A DNA stretch of 64,000 nt from an uncultured Lentimicrobiaceae bacterium (GTDB taxonomy: Bacteria > Bacteroidota > Bacteroidia > Bacteroidales > UBA4417): assembly GCA_964420555.1 (NCBI GenBank), contig CAYQTT010000014.1:23686-87685 (forward strand), given 5' to 3'. Under the pieces are notes generated by a model. It had not been told where the DNA came from, did not search any database, and was given only the letters and a program-made list of their open reading frames with translations. Below, piece after piece: positions 49,005-58,604 of the stretch (position 1 is the first letter of the stretch; the number at the start of each line of letters is the position of its first letter). The translations under genes were made by a program, and so were the position numbers.

Positions 49005-50015
49005 ATGTCAGGAACAAAGAAAATTGGCAACAAAATTACCGAAGCACGCAAGAAAGCAAATATTTCGCAGGCACAGCTTGCTGATCGTTTATTTATCAGT
49101 CCGCAGGCTGTCGGGAAGTGGGAACGCGGCGAATCAATGCCCGACATCATTACATTTAACCGCATTGCTGAAATGCTGGGTGTTGACCTCAACTATTTTT
49201 CCGATAACTTCCAATCTGCAACCACCGTAAAATTAATTGATGAAACTCTGGCAAAGCAATCTCCGGATCGGCAGACTGAAACTCAGATCCTTCCTGTTGC
49301 CCCGGCAGGCAATAAAATCAGTTGGGATATGTCGCTCGGGAACTGGGTTGACGCTGACTTTTCCGGGTTGAAAAACCTGAATGAAAAATTCGGTTCATCC
49401 AATATGCAGCGCTGCAAGTTTATAGGTTCCGATTTGCCGGGGCTTATCCTGAAAAGCAATAACATCGATAGCTGCGATTTTTCAGGGTCTGACATCAGCA
49501 ACAGCCGCATTGAGAATTCTCACTTAAACAAAAATAGTTTCTGGGATTGTTCGCTGAAGGAAACCCTATTTACAAGAACACATATAAATGCCTGCGATTT
49601 CGTTGGCAGCAATTTTACAGGATCCACATTTTCGGAAAGCTATATCTTCGGCTGCGATTTAAGCGGTGTCGATTTTACCTGAGTTGTGATTAAATCCGAA
49701 GGTTTGTCAGGAGTGGTGGCTAAAACTGGCGAAGCAGGTAAAAACACAATTGCAAATGTGGTTTGGAACCGCACCTCGTTCGTTGACGCGCAGATTACTG
49801 ATTTGGTTTTCGGCGGCACATTGAAGGATTGCTATTTCGAAAACTGTTCATTTACCAGGGTAACATTTCAGAATGCAACGCTTATCAATACATTCTTTAA
49901 AAATAACAAAAAGCTGAAACGAATCCGGTTTATCGACTGCAAAACCGACCGGATTACCTACGAATTCCTGAAACAAGGGAAAGCAGATTTAGGTGGGATT
50001 ATGATAATGGATTAG
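49005..50015 (+). pseudogene. XRE HTH-pentapeptide repeat fusion split by an in-frame TGA at 49680-49682
   Basis: HTH SQAQLA...SPQAVGKWERGESMPD; pentapeptide repeats (CDFSG, SDISN, CDLSG, VDFT*) continue in frame after the stop. Confidence 0.7.
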
Positions 50016-50092
50016 CAGAAGGACCACTATTTATTATTTCAGACTGAACCCCTTTAGCCAGGACTTTCCCGCAACTCAAATACCTAAAATTA

Positions 50093-50929
50093 CTATGCAT
50101 TCACCAGTTTCTCAATCTCAAATTTCTTCATATGCATAAAGGCATTGATAACGCGGTCAGATTTTGATGGATCATTCATTAAAGTTGCCAGAATTTCCGG
50201 CACTATCTGCCACCACACATCGAACTTGTCTCTGAGCCAGCCGCATTGTCCTTCAATTCCGCCTTCAGTAAGCCTGCTCCAGTAATAGTCAATTTCTTCC
50301 TGTGTACGGCAGCTTACGGTGAATGAAACAGCTTCGTTGAAAGTATATTCATGCACACCGGGGCCGTCCATTGCAATGATACTGTAATTGTTCAGCCTGA
50401 ATTCGGAATAAAGCACCTTGCCTTTGTTTGGGTCATTGTCCTCGTAATGTATCAGCAAATCTTTGGAAGAATTAGCGAATACAGAACTGTAAAAATTAAT
50501 GGCTTCTTCAGCCCTGCCAAACTGATCGCCGGTAAATAACATGGCAGGTGTAATGGTAAGTTTGGAGTCATCACTATCCTGAATGGAAATCTGCCAGGTA
50601 AACCCAAATTTATCCTCAAGCCAGCCGTATCTTTCGCTCCAGGGGTATTTATCAATGGGAATCAGTTCCTTTCCACCTTCGATAAGTTTGTTCCACACCG
50701 AGTTGGTTTCTTCAAGAGTTTCGCAATACACAAAAAGTGAAATAGATGGATTGAATTTAAACATAGGTCCGCCATTTAAGCCCATTATCTGTTTTCCGTT
50801 AAGCATAAATGTGACCACAAGCGGATTATCGTCAACTATTTTTGAATTTTGAAAAACGGAACAGTAAAATCCCGAGGCTTGCTTTGCATTTCCATCGAAC
50901 CAAAGGCAAGGATATAGGGTATTGTTCAT
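50093..50929 (-). CDS. Two-domain PhnB-like VOC protein
   Basis: LYPCLWFDG, NGGPMFKFNPSISL, YGWLEDKFG.TWQI, CGWLRDKF.V.WQIVP. Confidence 0.88.
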   Translation of the reverse strand: MNNTLYPCLWFDGNAKQASGFYCSVFQNSKIVDDNPLVVTFMLNGKQIMGLNGGPMFKFNPSISLFVYCETLEETNSVWNKLIEGGKELIPIDKYPWSERYGWLEDKFGFTWQISIQDSDDSKLTITPAMLFTGDQFGRAEEAINFYSSVFANSSKDLLIHYEDNDPNKGKVLYSEFRLNNYSIIAMDGPGVHEYTFNEAVSFTVSCRTQEEIDYYWSRLTEGGIEGQCGWLRDKFDVWWQIVPEILATLMNDPSKSDRVINAFMHMKKFEIEKLVNA

Positions 50930-51012
50930 GATTTATAATTTTAAACTAATTACAGCTGATCGTCAAAATTATGCAACTATTATTGAGAAGTTATTTCGCA
51001 GGTTCCATTAAA

Positions 51013-51450
51013 TTACAATTTCTCTGCACAGTTAAACATCCACTGCACGCCAAATTTATCTTTACAACTTCCGTAATAATCGCCCCAAAACATATCCTGC
51101 AGCTCCTGTTCCACCTTGCCTCCAGCCGAAAGTGCATCGAAAAGACGTTTGGTTTCAGTCCGGGTGTCAGGTTCGAGGTTGATGTAAACATTATTCCCGG
51201 AATGTACCCTGAAACCCATTGATTCAGGCGCATCTGTTCCCATTAAATGGTGATCGCCAAGGATGGGCAATACAATATGCATGACCAGGTTTTTATCTTC
51301 TTCCGCCATAGGAGGCATATCGGGTGAAGGAGGGATATCGCCGAAACGCGAAATACCGCCTATAAATTCGCCGCCGAACACCGATTTGTAAAAGTTAAAT
51401 GCTTCTTCGGTTTGGTTCGGGAAATTAAGGTATGTGCTTACTTTTGCCAT
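51013..51450 (-). CDS. PhnB-like VOC protein
   Basis: YLNFP.QTEEAFNFYKSVFG and DMFWGDYYG...DKFGVQWM. Confidence 0.88.
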   Translation of the reverse strand: MAKVSTYLNFPNQTEEAFNFYKSVFGGEFIGGISRFGDIPPSPDMPPMAEEDKNLVMHIVLPILGDHHLMGTDAPESMGFRVHSGNNVYINLEPDTRTETKRLFDALSAGGKVEQELQDMFWGDYYGSCKDKFGVQWMFNCAEKL

Positions 51451-51482
51451 TTTTTTTGATTTGGGTGGAATAATAAAATTTT

Positions 51483-51920
51483 CTACTTCTTTTCTGAAGC
51501 CTCTACATAATTTTTAAAACTATCCAGAATTGCCTGCCAGCCCGATTGCTGCAATTCGACAGTATTTTCCTGCTCGGCTTCAAATACTTCGATGATTTTG
51601 GTTTTATTACCATCCGATTCAAAACGCACCTCTACTTTTCTGTTGTCGTCAAGAATATATTCAATAAGAGTAAATGGTTCTACCTTGCTGTATTTTCCCG
51701 AAAAGTCGAAGCCCATGCTTCCATCGCGGGCTTCCATACGTGTGACAAATTTCCCACCTGGCCGGAGATCATTTTCGGCTCGTGGTGTGTGCCAATCGGG
51801 TGATGCATTATTCCAGTGAACGATATGTTTGGGATTGGTCCAGTATTCCCAAACCTTTTGAACCGGAGCGTCAATTATGGCTGTTACGGTGATTGCTATA
51901 TTTGGAGTTTTTGTTGTCAT
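51483..51920 (-). CDS. SRPBCC/AHSA1-like ligand-binding protein
   Basis: APVQKVWEYWT.P.HI..WN.AS.DWH...DLRPGG...MEARDGSMGFDF; QQSGWQAIL. Confidence 0.88.
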   Translation of the reverse strand: MTTKTPNIAITVTAIIDAPVQKVWEYWTNPKHIVHWNNASPDWHTPRAENDLRPGGKFVTRMEARDGSMGFDFSGKYSKVEPFTLIEYILDDNRKVEVRFESDGNKTKIIEVFEAEQENTVELQQSGWQAILDSFKNYVEASEKK

Positions 51921-52160
51921 AATAATGATATTAGATGGTTATTGCGATCAAGATTCTAAAAAAAATGAAACCGGACTGAACTGTTGGCAAGGTTGAAGAT
52001 TTCTGTCTGGCAGCTGGCATATCAGTATGCCTGATAAACTTAGAATTACGATTTTTAGTAACAATTTATATTGGTGAAATGTTTGATAAATAATCAACAG
52101 AGTTTTAAGGAATGTTGTGCTTGGGATCAATAGTATTGTATAATTCAGATCCTTTTAAAA

Positions 52161-52321
52161 ATCCCCCGCCCTTCGGGCACCCCCTTTGAAAAAAAGGGGG
52201 ACGAGGCGAGACGGTTTTGGGATGGAAACATTTTTTTGGTTAATTTACAATTAACCGTGATCATGATAAAAAGGAAAAGTGATCGTCCTCCTTTTTTTTC
52301 GAAGGGGATTAAGAGAGGGAT
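52161..52321. repeat. Pair of inverted REP-like palindromes
   Basis: ATCCCCCGCCCTTCGGGCACCCCCTTTGAAAAAAAGGGGG (52161-52200) and a degenerate inverse (CTCCTTTTTTTTCGAAGGGGATTAAGAGAGGGAT) ending at about 52321. Confidence 0.55.
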
Positions 52322-52432
52322 ACACTGCGACCAAAGCAATTTCGTAACTAAACTAACTCAATATTGAGTTCCATAATTCTCCTTATTATAAAACCTACAG
52401 TTGATATCTTTGTTGTTTATTAAAACAACACT

Positions 52433-54613
52433 TTGAATACTCAAAATACAAAAAGCGTATATGCTGTTACCGGCATGATGTGTGCCGTATGTGCCGGCAG
52501 TGTCGAAAGTATGCTTTCATCCATTCCCGGGGTAAGCAGTGCTTCGGTAAATTATGCCGGGGCAAATGTTTTTGTCAGCTATGATCCTGATGTTGCTACT
52601 CCTGCCGACTTTGTTAAAGCGGTGGAATCTATAGGCTACGGCCTAATTATTGAAGAAGATGACCTGAATGAAAAACTTGCTGACATAGAACAAAAACATT
52701 TCAAAGAACTGAAAAAGAAACTATTGGTGGCAGTTATTTTCTCGGTTCCGGTTTTTGTATTATCTATGTTTCATCTTTTTCACTTCGATTATACAAACTG
52801 GTTATTACTTGCATTGTCGTTGCCGGTTATCATTTTTCCCGGCTCCGAATTTTACATAAATGCCTGGAAACAGGCAAAGCACCGCATGGTAAATATGGAC
52901 ACGCTGGTTGCCTTAAGTACCGGCTTTGCCTTTATTTTCAGCACTGTAAACACCCTGTTTCCCCAGATTTTTCTTCGTTCGGGCTTGCAACCTCATGTGT
53001 ATTTCGAATCGGCAACGGTAATTATTACCTTTATTCTTGCCGGTAAATTTCTCGAAGAACGATCAAAAAGCAAAGCTTCGTCAGTAATACGCAACCTGAT
53101 GAACCTGCAACCGAAAACATTGACCGTGAAGCGCGACGGTAAAGAAATGGAGTTACCACTGTCAATGGTATTACCCGGCGACCTGGTAATGGTGCGACCC
53201 GGCGACAGGATTCCGGTTGACGGTATTGTTGAAAGCGGCGATTCGTATATTGATGAAAGTATGATTTCGGGTGAACCGTTGCCTGTTTTTAAAAACAATG
53301 GAGCAAATGTTTTCGCCGGAACACTGAACAGCAGCGGCAACCTGGTAATCATAGCTTCAAAAACAGGTAAAAACACCTTGCTGGCAGGGATAATTTCCCT
53401 GGTTCAGGAAGCGCAGTCGGGGAAACCGCCTATTCAGAAACTTGCCGATAAAATTGCATCCGTGTTCGTACCGGTTGTACTGGCAATTTCGGCTGTCACA
53501 TTCCTCGTTTGGTGGGCGTTGGGCCCCGAGCCATCCATTACTTTTGCTTTTCTTACTACCATTAGCGTTTTGATTATTGCCTGTCCCTGTGCTCTCGGGC
53601 TGGCCACTCCAACTGCACTTATGGCTGGCATCGGCAGAGGAGCTGAACTCGGAATCCTGATCCGGAATCCTGAAAGTTTGGAAATAGCTTGTAAAATTAA
53701 TGCTGTGATATTCGACAAAACAGGAACATTGACAACAGGAAAACCGGAAGTAACTAAAAGCACATGGTTTAAAAAAGATGATATCTCGGAACAGCTTTTA
53801 TATTCGCTCGAAAAACGATCGGCTCATCCGCTTGCCTACGCCATAGCTTCCCTTTTCGAAAACACGGAGATGTTGCCTGTTGATAATTTTGAAGATTTTC
53901 CCGGCAAAGGAATCAGCGCTATATACAAGGATTACTCATGCCTGGTTGGTAACCGATCTTTTTTGGAAGAAAACGGCATTTCTATTCCTGCAGAAGCGGA
54001 CGCCGGCAGTTCGGTATTTTTTGCAGTTAATAACGAAACTTTTGCCGCCTTCAGTGTTGAAGATACAATGCGAAACACTGCTGCCGAAGCAGTTAATGCT
54101 CTGCGTAAAGAAGGAATTGAAGTATTTATGCTCACCGGTGATAAGGAATCAGCTGCCGCTGAAATGGCTGCAAAAGCCGGAATTAAAAATTATTTTGCCG
54201 GCGTACTCCCCGCTGATAAAAACCGCTTCGTTTCGGACCTGCGTAAGAAAGGATTCAAGGTAGCGATGGTAGGCGATGGTATTAATGATTCGGCTGCTCT
54301 TGCCGAGGCTGACCTGGGTATTGCTATGGCAACCGGTTCGGATATCGCACTTGGAAGTGCCGGTATTATATTGATGCATGGCGATCTTAGGGCAGTAGCA
54401 CAATCAATACGATTATCAAAAGATACCGTGAAGATTATCAGGCAGAATTTCTTCTGGGCATTTTTCTATAACATAATCGCCATACCGGTTGCTGCAGGAT
54501 TACTATATCCTTTTACAGGTTTTTTACTCAGCCCCATGATTGCCGGCGCTGCTATGGCGATGAGTTCGGTAACTGTTGTACTCAATAGTTTGCGACTGAA
54601 ACGGATTTTTTAA
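52433..54613 (+). CDS. copA: Copper-exporting P1B-1 ATPase
   Basis: GMMCAVC metal-binding domain, CPC, DKTGT, GDGIND, YN..AIP and MAMSS motifs; TTG start. Confidence 0.93.
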   Translation: MNTQNTKSVYAVTGMMCAVCAGSVESMLSSIPGVSSASVNYAGANVFVSYDPDVATPADFVKAVESIGYGLIIEEDDLNEKLADIEQKHFKELKKKLLVAVIFSVPVFVLSMFHLFHFDYTNWLLLALSLPVIIFPGSEFYINAWKQAKHRMVNMDTLVALSTGFAFIFSTVNTLFPQIFLRSGLQPHVYFESATVIITFILAGKFLEERSKSKASSVIRNLMNLQPKTLTVKRDGKEMELPLSMVLPGDLVMVRPGDRIPVDGIVESGDSYIDESMISGEPLPVFKNNGANVFAGTLNSSGNLVIIASKTGKNTLLAGIISLVQEAQSGKPPIQKLADKIASVFVPVVLAISAVTFLVWWALGPEPSITFAFLTTISVLIIACPCALGLATPTALMAGIGRGAELGILIRNPESLEIACKINAVIFDKTGTLTTGKPEVTKSTWFKKDDISEQLLYSLEKRSAHPLAYAIASLFENTEMLPVDNFEDFPGKGISAIYKDYSCLVGNRSFLEENGISIPAEADAGSSVFFAVNNETFAAFSVEDTMRNTAAEAVNALRKEGIEVFMLTGDKESAAAEMAAKAGIKNYFAGVLPADKNRFVSDLRKKGFKVAMVGDGINDSAALAEADLGIAMATGSDIALGSAGIILMHGDLRAVAQSIRLSKDTVKIIRQNFFWAFFYNIIAIPVAAGLLYPFTGFLLSPMIAGAAMAMSSVTVVLNSLRLKRIF

Positions 54614-54615
54614 AA

Positions 54616-55506
54616 ATGAGCCATAATCACGACCATAATCATAACCATAAATCAGAAGCTAACCTACAAATGGCTTTCTGGCTTAATGCTGTATTCGCTG
54701 TTATTGAAGTTGTTGGGGGAATACTTACCAATAGTATGGCAATTCTTTCCGATGCTTTTCACGATCTCGGCGATTCGGTTGCACTGGGACTGGCCTGGTA
54801 TTTTCAACGGTATTCATCAAAACAGCGCGACGAAATTTATACTTACGGATATAAAAGGTATTCGCTTGTTGGCGCAACAGTAAGTGCCCTGATATTGCTC
54901 GCCGGTTCGGTAATTATTATCACAAACGCTATACCCCGGTTGCTAGCACCCGAGCCTGTTCACACGCAGGGAATGCTTTACCTTGCCATTGCAGGTATTA
55001 TTATTAACGGGCTGGCCATGTTCCGGTTAAAAGGTGGTGAAAGTCAGAATGAAAAGGTAATTTCCCTTCACCTGCTCGAAGATGTTATGGGATGGGTTGC
55101 AGTGCTTGTGGCGAGTATTATCATGCATTTCTGGAATGTTCCTATCCTTGATCCTATTCTTTCACTGCTGATTACATCATTTATTCTATACAGGGTTTTC
55201 GGAAACATGAAGCAGACTTTCAGGATATTTATGCAGGCAACACCATCGGGCGAACAAATCAGCCATTTTACGAAACACCTGATTGAAACAGAAGGAGTAA
55301 AGGGCGTTCACGACATGCATTTCTGGACGATGGATGGCACCTATAACATTGCTTCCATGCACATAATTGTTGATCCTGAAATAACGGTATTGCAAACTGA
55401 AACCATTAAGTTAAGCATCAGATCGTACCTAAAAGAACAAGGATTTGATCATTCAACCATTGAAATAGAATCGGATGGAAAACATTGTGAATTGCACGAT
55501 TGTTAA
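54616..55506 (+). CDS. czcD: Cation diffusion facilitator (CzcD-like)
   Basis: His-rich N-terminus, SDAFHDLGD, HLLEDVMG, HDMHFW and HSTIEIE. Confidence 0.88.
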   Translation: MSHNHDHNHNHKSEANLQMAFWLNAVFAVIEVVGGILTNSMAILSDAFHDLGDSVALGLAWYFQRYSSKQRDEIYTYGYKRYSLVGATVSALILLAGSVIIITNAIPRLLAPEPVHTQGMLYLAIAGIIINGLAMFRLKGGESQNEKVISLHLLEDVMGWVAVLVASIIMHFWNVPILDPILSLLITSFILYRVFGNMKQTFRIFMQATPSGEQISHFTKHLIETEGVKGVHDMHFWTMDGTYNIASMHIIVDPEITVLQTETIKLSIRSYLKEQGFDHSTIEIESDGKHCELHDC

Positions 55507-55571
55507 TTAAGCATTGATTTTCCTGATCATATGCAAGGATAGTCACAACATTCAATAAAAAACAGAATTAC

Positions 55572-55781
55572 ATGGAAACAATCCGGTTTAAAACCAATCT
55601 GAAATGCGGCGGATGCATAAAAGCTATTACTCCCGGCCTCGAAAGTCTTAATATTATTGATACGTGGAACGTTGACCTCGAAAACCCAGATCGGGTACTC
55701 GAAATAAAAGCTTCAGTTGATGTATCGGAGCAGGTGATAGAAAGCGTAAAAAAAGCCGGCTATCAGATAAGCCGGCTTTGA
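55572..55781 (+). CDS. Heavy-metal-associated (CopZ-like) protein
   Basis: TNLKCGGCIK motif and terminal KKAGY. Confidence 0.85.
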   Translation: METIRFKTNLKCGGCIKAITPGLESLNIIDTWNVDLENPDRVLEIKASVDVSEQVIESVKKAGYQISRL

Positions 55782-55825
55782 TAGAATACAGTTCTGCTGC
55801 TAATATAGTGGGTAAAAATGATTTT

Positions 55826-55985
55826 GTCAGAAGTCAGAAGACGGGAGTCGGAAGACACCCTTCTGCAAATTTACTCTTATGAATGTGAATTTTTAAGGCA
55901 ATTAACTTTATTTGACATAGTGTTCATACGAAGGAACAAAATCATTTAAAAGACACTTCGGTCTTCCGACTTCGGACTTCTGGCC
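55826..55985. repeat. Inverted arrays of heptamer repeats between convergent genes
   Basis: Left GTCAGAA GTCAGAA GACGGGA GTCGGAA; right (reverse complement) GCCAGAA GTCCGAA GTCGGAA GACCGAA; about 100 bp spacer. Confidence 0.65.
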
Positions 55986-56046
55986 TCTTGAAGAGTTAAA
56001 TCCTATTTAATCCGCAGTAGAGCTTACAAAAAAAACGATTTGAGCT

Positions 56047-56619
56047 CTACCTCCTGGCGATAATATCCCAGTCAACCAGTTGCCAGAAAGCATTTACATA
56101 ATCAGGCCTCCGGTTCTGAAAATCGAGGTAGTAGGCATGTTCCCAAACATCACAGGTAAGCAGGGGTTTTAATCCGTCGCGCATTGGGTTTGCTGCATTT
56201 CCGGTGGTTACAATCGCCAGTTTGCCTTCTGCATTCAGCACCAGCCATGCCCATCCTGATCCGAACTGATTTACAGCCGCCTCATTGAATTTGGTTTTAA
56301 AGGCATCGAATGAACCAAAATCGCGGTTTATCATTTCGAGCAATTTGCCTGTTGGTTCTGTACCACGGTTTGCAGAAAAACCTTCCCAGTAAAAAGTGTG
56401 GTTCCATACCTGAGCTGCATTGTTAAAAATACCGCCTTCGGCTTTCATAATAATTTCTTCGAGAGTGGAATTCTCAAAAGCAGTACCCGGAACCAGGCTG
56501 TTAAGCTTTGTAGCATATGCCTGGTGATGCTTTCCGTAATGGAATTCGATGGTTCGTGCGCTGATTACAGGTTCCAGAGCGTCGGGCGCATAAGGAAGTG
56601 TTGGAAGTTGAAATGTCAT
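56047..56619 (-). CDS. sodB: Fe (or cambialistic) superoxide dismutase
   Basis: HYGKHH, NAAQVWNHTFYW, FGSGWAWL and DVWEHAYY. Confidence 0.93.
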   Translation of the reverse strand: MTFQLPTLPYAPDALEPVISARTIEFHYGKHHQAYATKLNSLVPGTAFENSTLEEIIMKAEGGIFNNAAQVWNHTFYWEGFSANRGTEPTGKLLEMINRDFGSFDAFKTKFNEAAVNQFGSGWAWLVLNAEGKLAIVTTGNAANPMRDGLKPLLTCDVWEHAYYLDFQNRRPDYVNAFWQLVDWDIIARR

Positions 56620-56735
56620 AACTTTAAGATTTAAGGATTAATTTTTTATAAATTATGGGTTAACATGAGTCTGCTATCTCGAATTACTTTGAAAACTAAT
56701 GGTATCACAAAACATCTTCCTTTATTGCAAACAGC

Positions 56736-58478
56736 TTACTCCTGCGCCTTCTTCGTAAATGTAGTTGAATAACTTGACTTGTTTCCTTTATCATCCTCAA
56801 GATAAAGGGTAAACTCGTTTTTACCAGGCTGAGCGACTTCATCAAAATTATACTCCATAAGTTTGTTTTTTGGGTCCCATTCAACTAGAACCCATTTGCC
56901 GTTCACTTCACCGTAATATGTGTTTATTCCCGAAAAATTATCAGAAACGGTAAATTTTAAACTTGTATGACTGCTTGCATTTGCACTATACGGCTTAATT
57001 ACCGGAGCTAAGGTATCAATAACAATGGCATATCCATCAAATATATTGACAGTTGATGTAACATAGCCTTTTTCATAACTTCCGCCGGCGGGGCTGCGCT
57101 TTCCATCTCTGTCAATCCTTACCAGCAACGCTTTGGGACGCAATGATTGAGGTAGGTCCAATGCTTTAACAGATACTTTTATCCGGTTATGAATGGGCAC
57201 TTCTGCATTATGCAGGTAATGGATATCTGAAAACATTCCTTTTCCTCCGGGAGCCGTTCTGTAGCTGAAAACCAAATCTTCATAAAGGCTTCCCACAGGC
57301 AATTCAACTTTTAACTCTTTGTTTTCGAATGTATTGATCTTATTGTATCTGAATAACACAGCTGTATCAGCTTCCTGAATTGCAGGTACCTGAACGTATC
57401 CTTCAGGTTTGTGCGATCGTACCCAGAAATGCAGCGTAATTTCACTTCCGTCAAGATCACCTACGGTAATCCTTATTTCATGAATTTCCCCGTCAGTGAA
57501 CGTTAAAACACCTTCTGTTTTATCTGTTTTAAAGAAACTGAGTTGATTGCCAGGAAGCTTTTTTGATTTTATGATCCGGTTACCCGAATTATAATTAGCT
57601 GCATAATCGATGGATGCATTAATATAACGGCTTTCGGCAAATGCAAAACTGTCGCAAACCATAGAAAAAAAATTGGCATCGTCCGCAAACATCTTTATGC
57701 TGTAAAATCCATTCCTGTTACTCTGATTATGATGAAAATCGAATGCCTGAACCCCTATACTGAAATTGCCAACTAACGAAAGGGTATCCTTATTTACAAG
57801 GCGGTATTCTCTCGCTCCTGTCTTTTTTACATTAAAACGGGTAATTTCGTTCGACGAACCTATCAGGCTGTTTTCATTATCAGGGTAGATCTTTATAAAA
57901 TCAATGTAAGGAGGATAATTATCTGTAATGTCGAATCCAAAATGCATGGGATTAATTACGCGTTCAGTTTTGGTATTACGAAGTTCGAAATGAAGGTGCG
58001 GGCCTCCCGATGAACCTGAATTACCTGCGTATCCTATCAATTGACCTTTCTTTACATGTATAAATTCCTTCCTGTTCATAGGAAAAAGATCAACATCAAA
58101 GCTCTTTAACCGGTATTGGTTCGTGTGGACATATTCAGTAATAGTATCACTATACTTCTGAAGATGAGCATACACGGAGGTAAATCCATTCGGATGATCG
58201 ATGTACAGTGCATTTCCGAAACCAATAGGCGAAACTTTTATCCGCGATATTACGCCATCGGCAACAGCAAAAACCGGCAAGCCTTCCTTCTGCTGAACGG
58301 GGAAATCAATACCCGAATGAAAATGGTTCGAACGTATCTCAGCAAACGAGCCATTTACTGAAAGCCCTATGTTAAGTGGTGAAGAAAAATAACCTTTGGG
58401 AATAACAATTTGAGCAAGCAGATTTGCTAAAGGTATAACTATCAATATTAATGTCAGTAGCCAGGAATGAATTTTCAT
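56736..58478 (-). CDS. M23-family metallopeptidase
   Basis: HFHSGIDF (HxxxD), YAHL and GPHLHFE motifs; signal peptide. Confidence 0.88.
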   Translation of the reverse strand: MKIHSWLLTLILIVIPLANLLAQIVIPKGYFSSPLNIGLSVNGSFAEIRSNHFHSGIDFPVQQKEGLPVFAVADGVISRIKVSPIGFGNALYIDHPNGFTSVYAHLQKYSDTITEYVHTNQYRLKSFDVDLFPMNRKEFIHVKKGQLIGYAGNSGSSGGPHLHFELRNTKTERVINPMHFGFDITDNYPPYIDFIKIYPDNENSLIGSSNEITRFNVKKTGAREYRLVNKDTLSLVGNFSIGVQAFDFHHNQSNRNGFYSIKMFADDANFFSMVCDSFAFAESRYINASIDYAANYNSGNRIIKSKKLPGNQLSFFKTDKTEGVLTFTDGEIHEIRITVGDLDGSEITLHFWVRSHKPEGYVQVPAIQEADTAVLFRYNKINTFENKELKVELPVGSLYEDLVFSYRTAPGGKGMFSDIHYLHNAEVPIHNRIKVSVKALDLPQSLRPKALLVRIDRDGKRSPAGGSYEKGYVTSTVNIFDGYAIVIDTLAPVIKPYSANASSHTSLKFTVSDNFSGINTYYGEVNGKWVLVEWDPKNKLMEYNFDEVAQPGKNEFTLYLEDDKGNKSSYSTTFTKKAQE

Positions 58479-58604
58479 TTTACAAACTTACTCTTTGTCG
58501 GGCTGTGAAACAATCAAAAAAACATTAAAAAAGCATAAAAAAGCAATTAATGTTTCGGATAAAGAACGACAATATCGAATGCATATTCCTCTTTATCAAA
58601 TAAT

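Noticed and set aside
4853-49682. TGA recoding (genetic code 25/4 or selenocysteine) to explain two in-frame TGA codons
   Set aside because: TGA is the evident true stop of intact genes here (for example copZ at 55781 and the MFS at 58605). The two sites predict different residues (Arg and Gly), and no convincing SECIS follows either.
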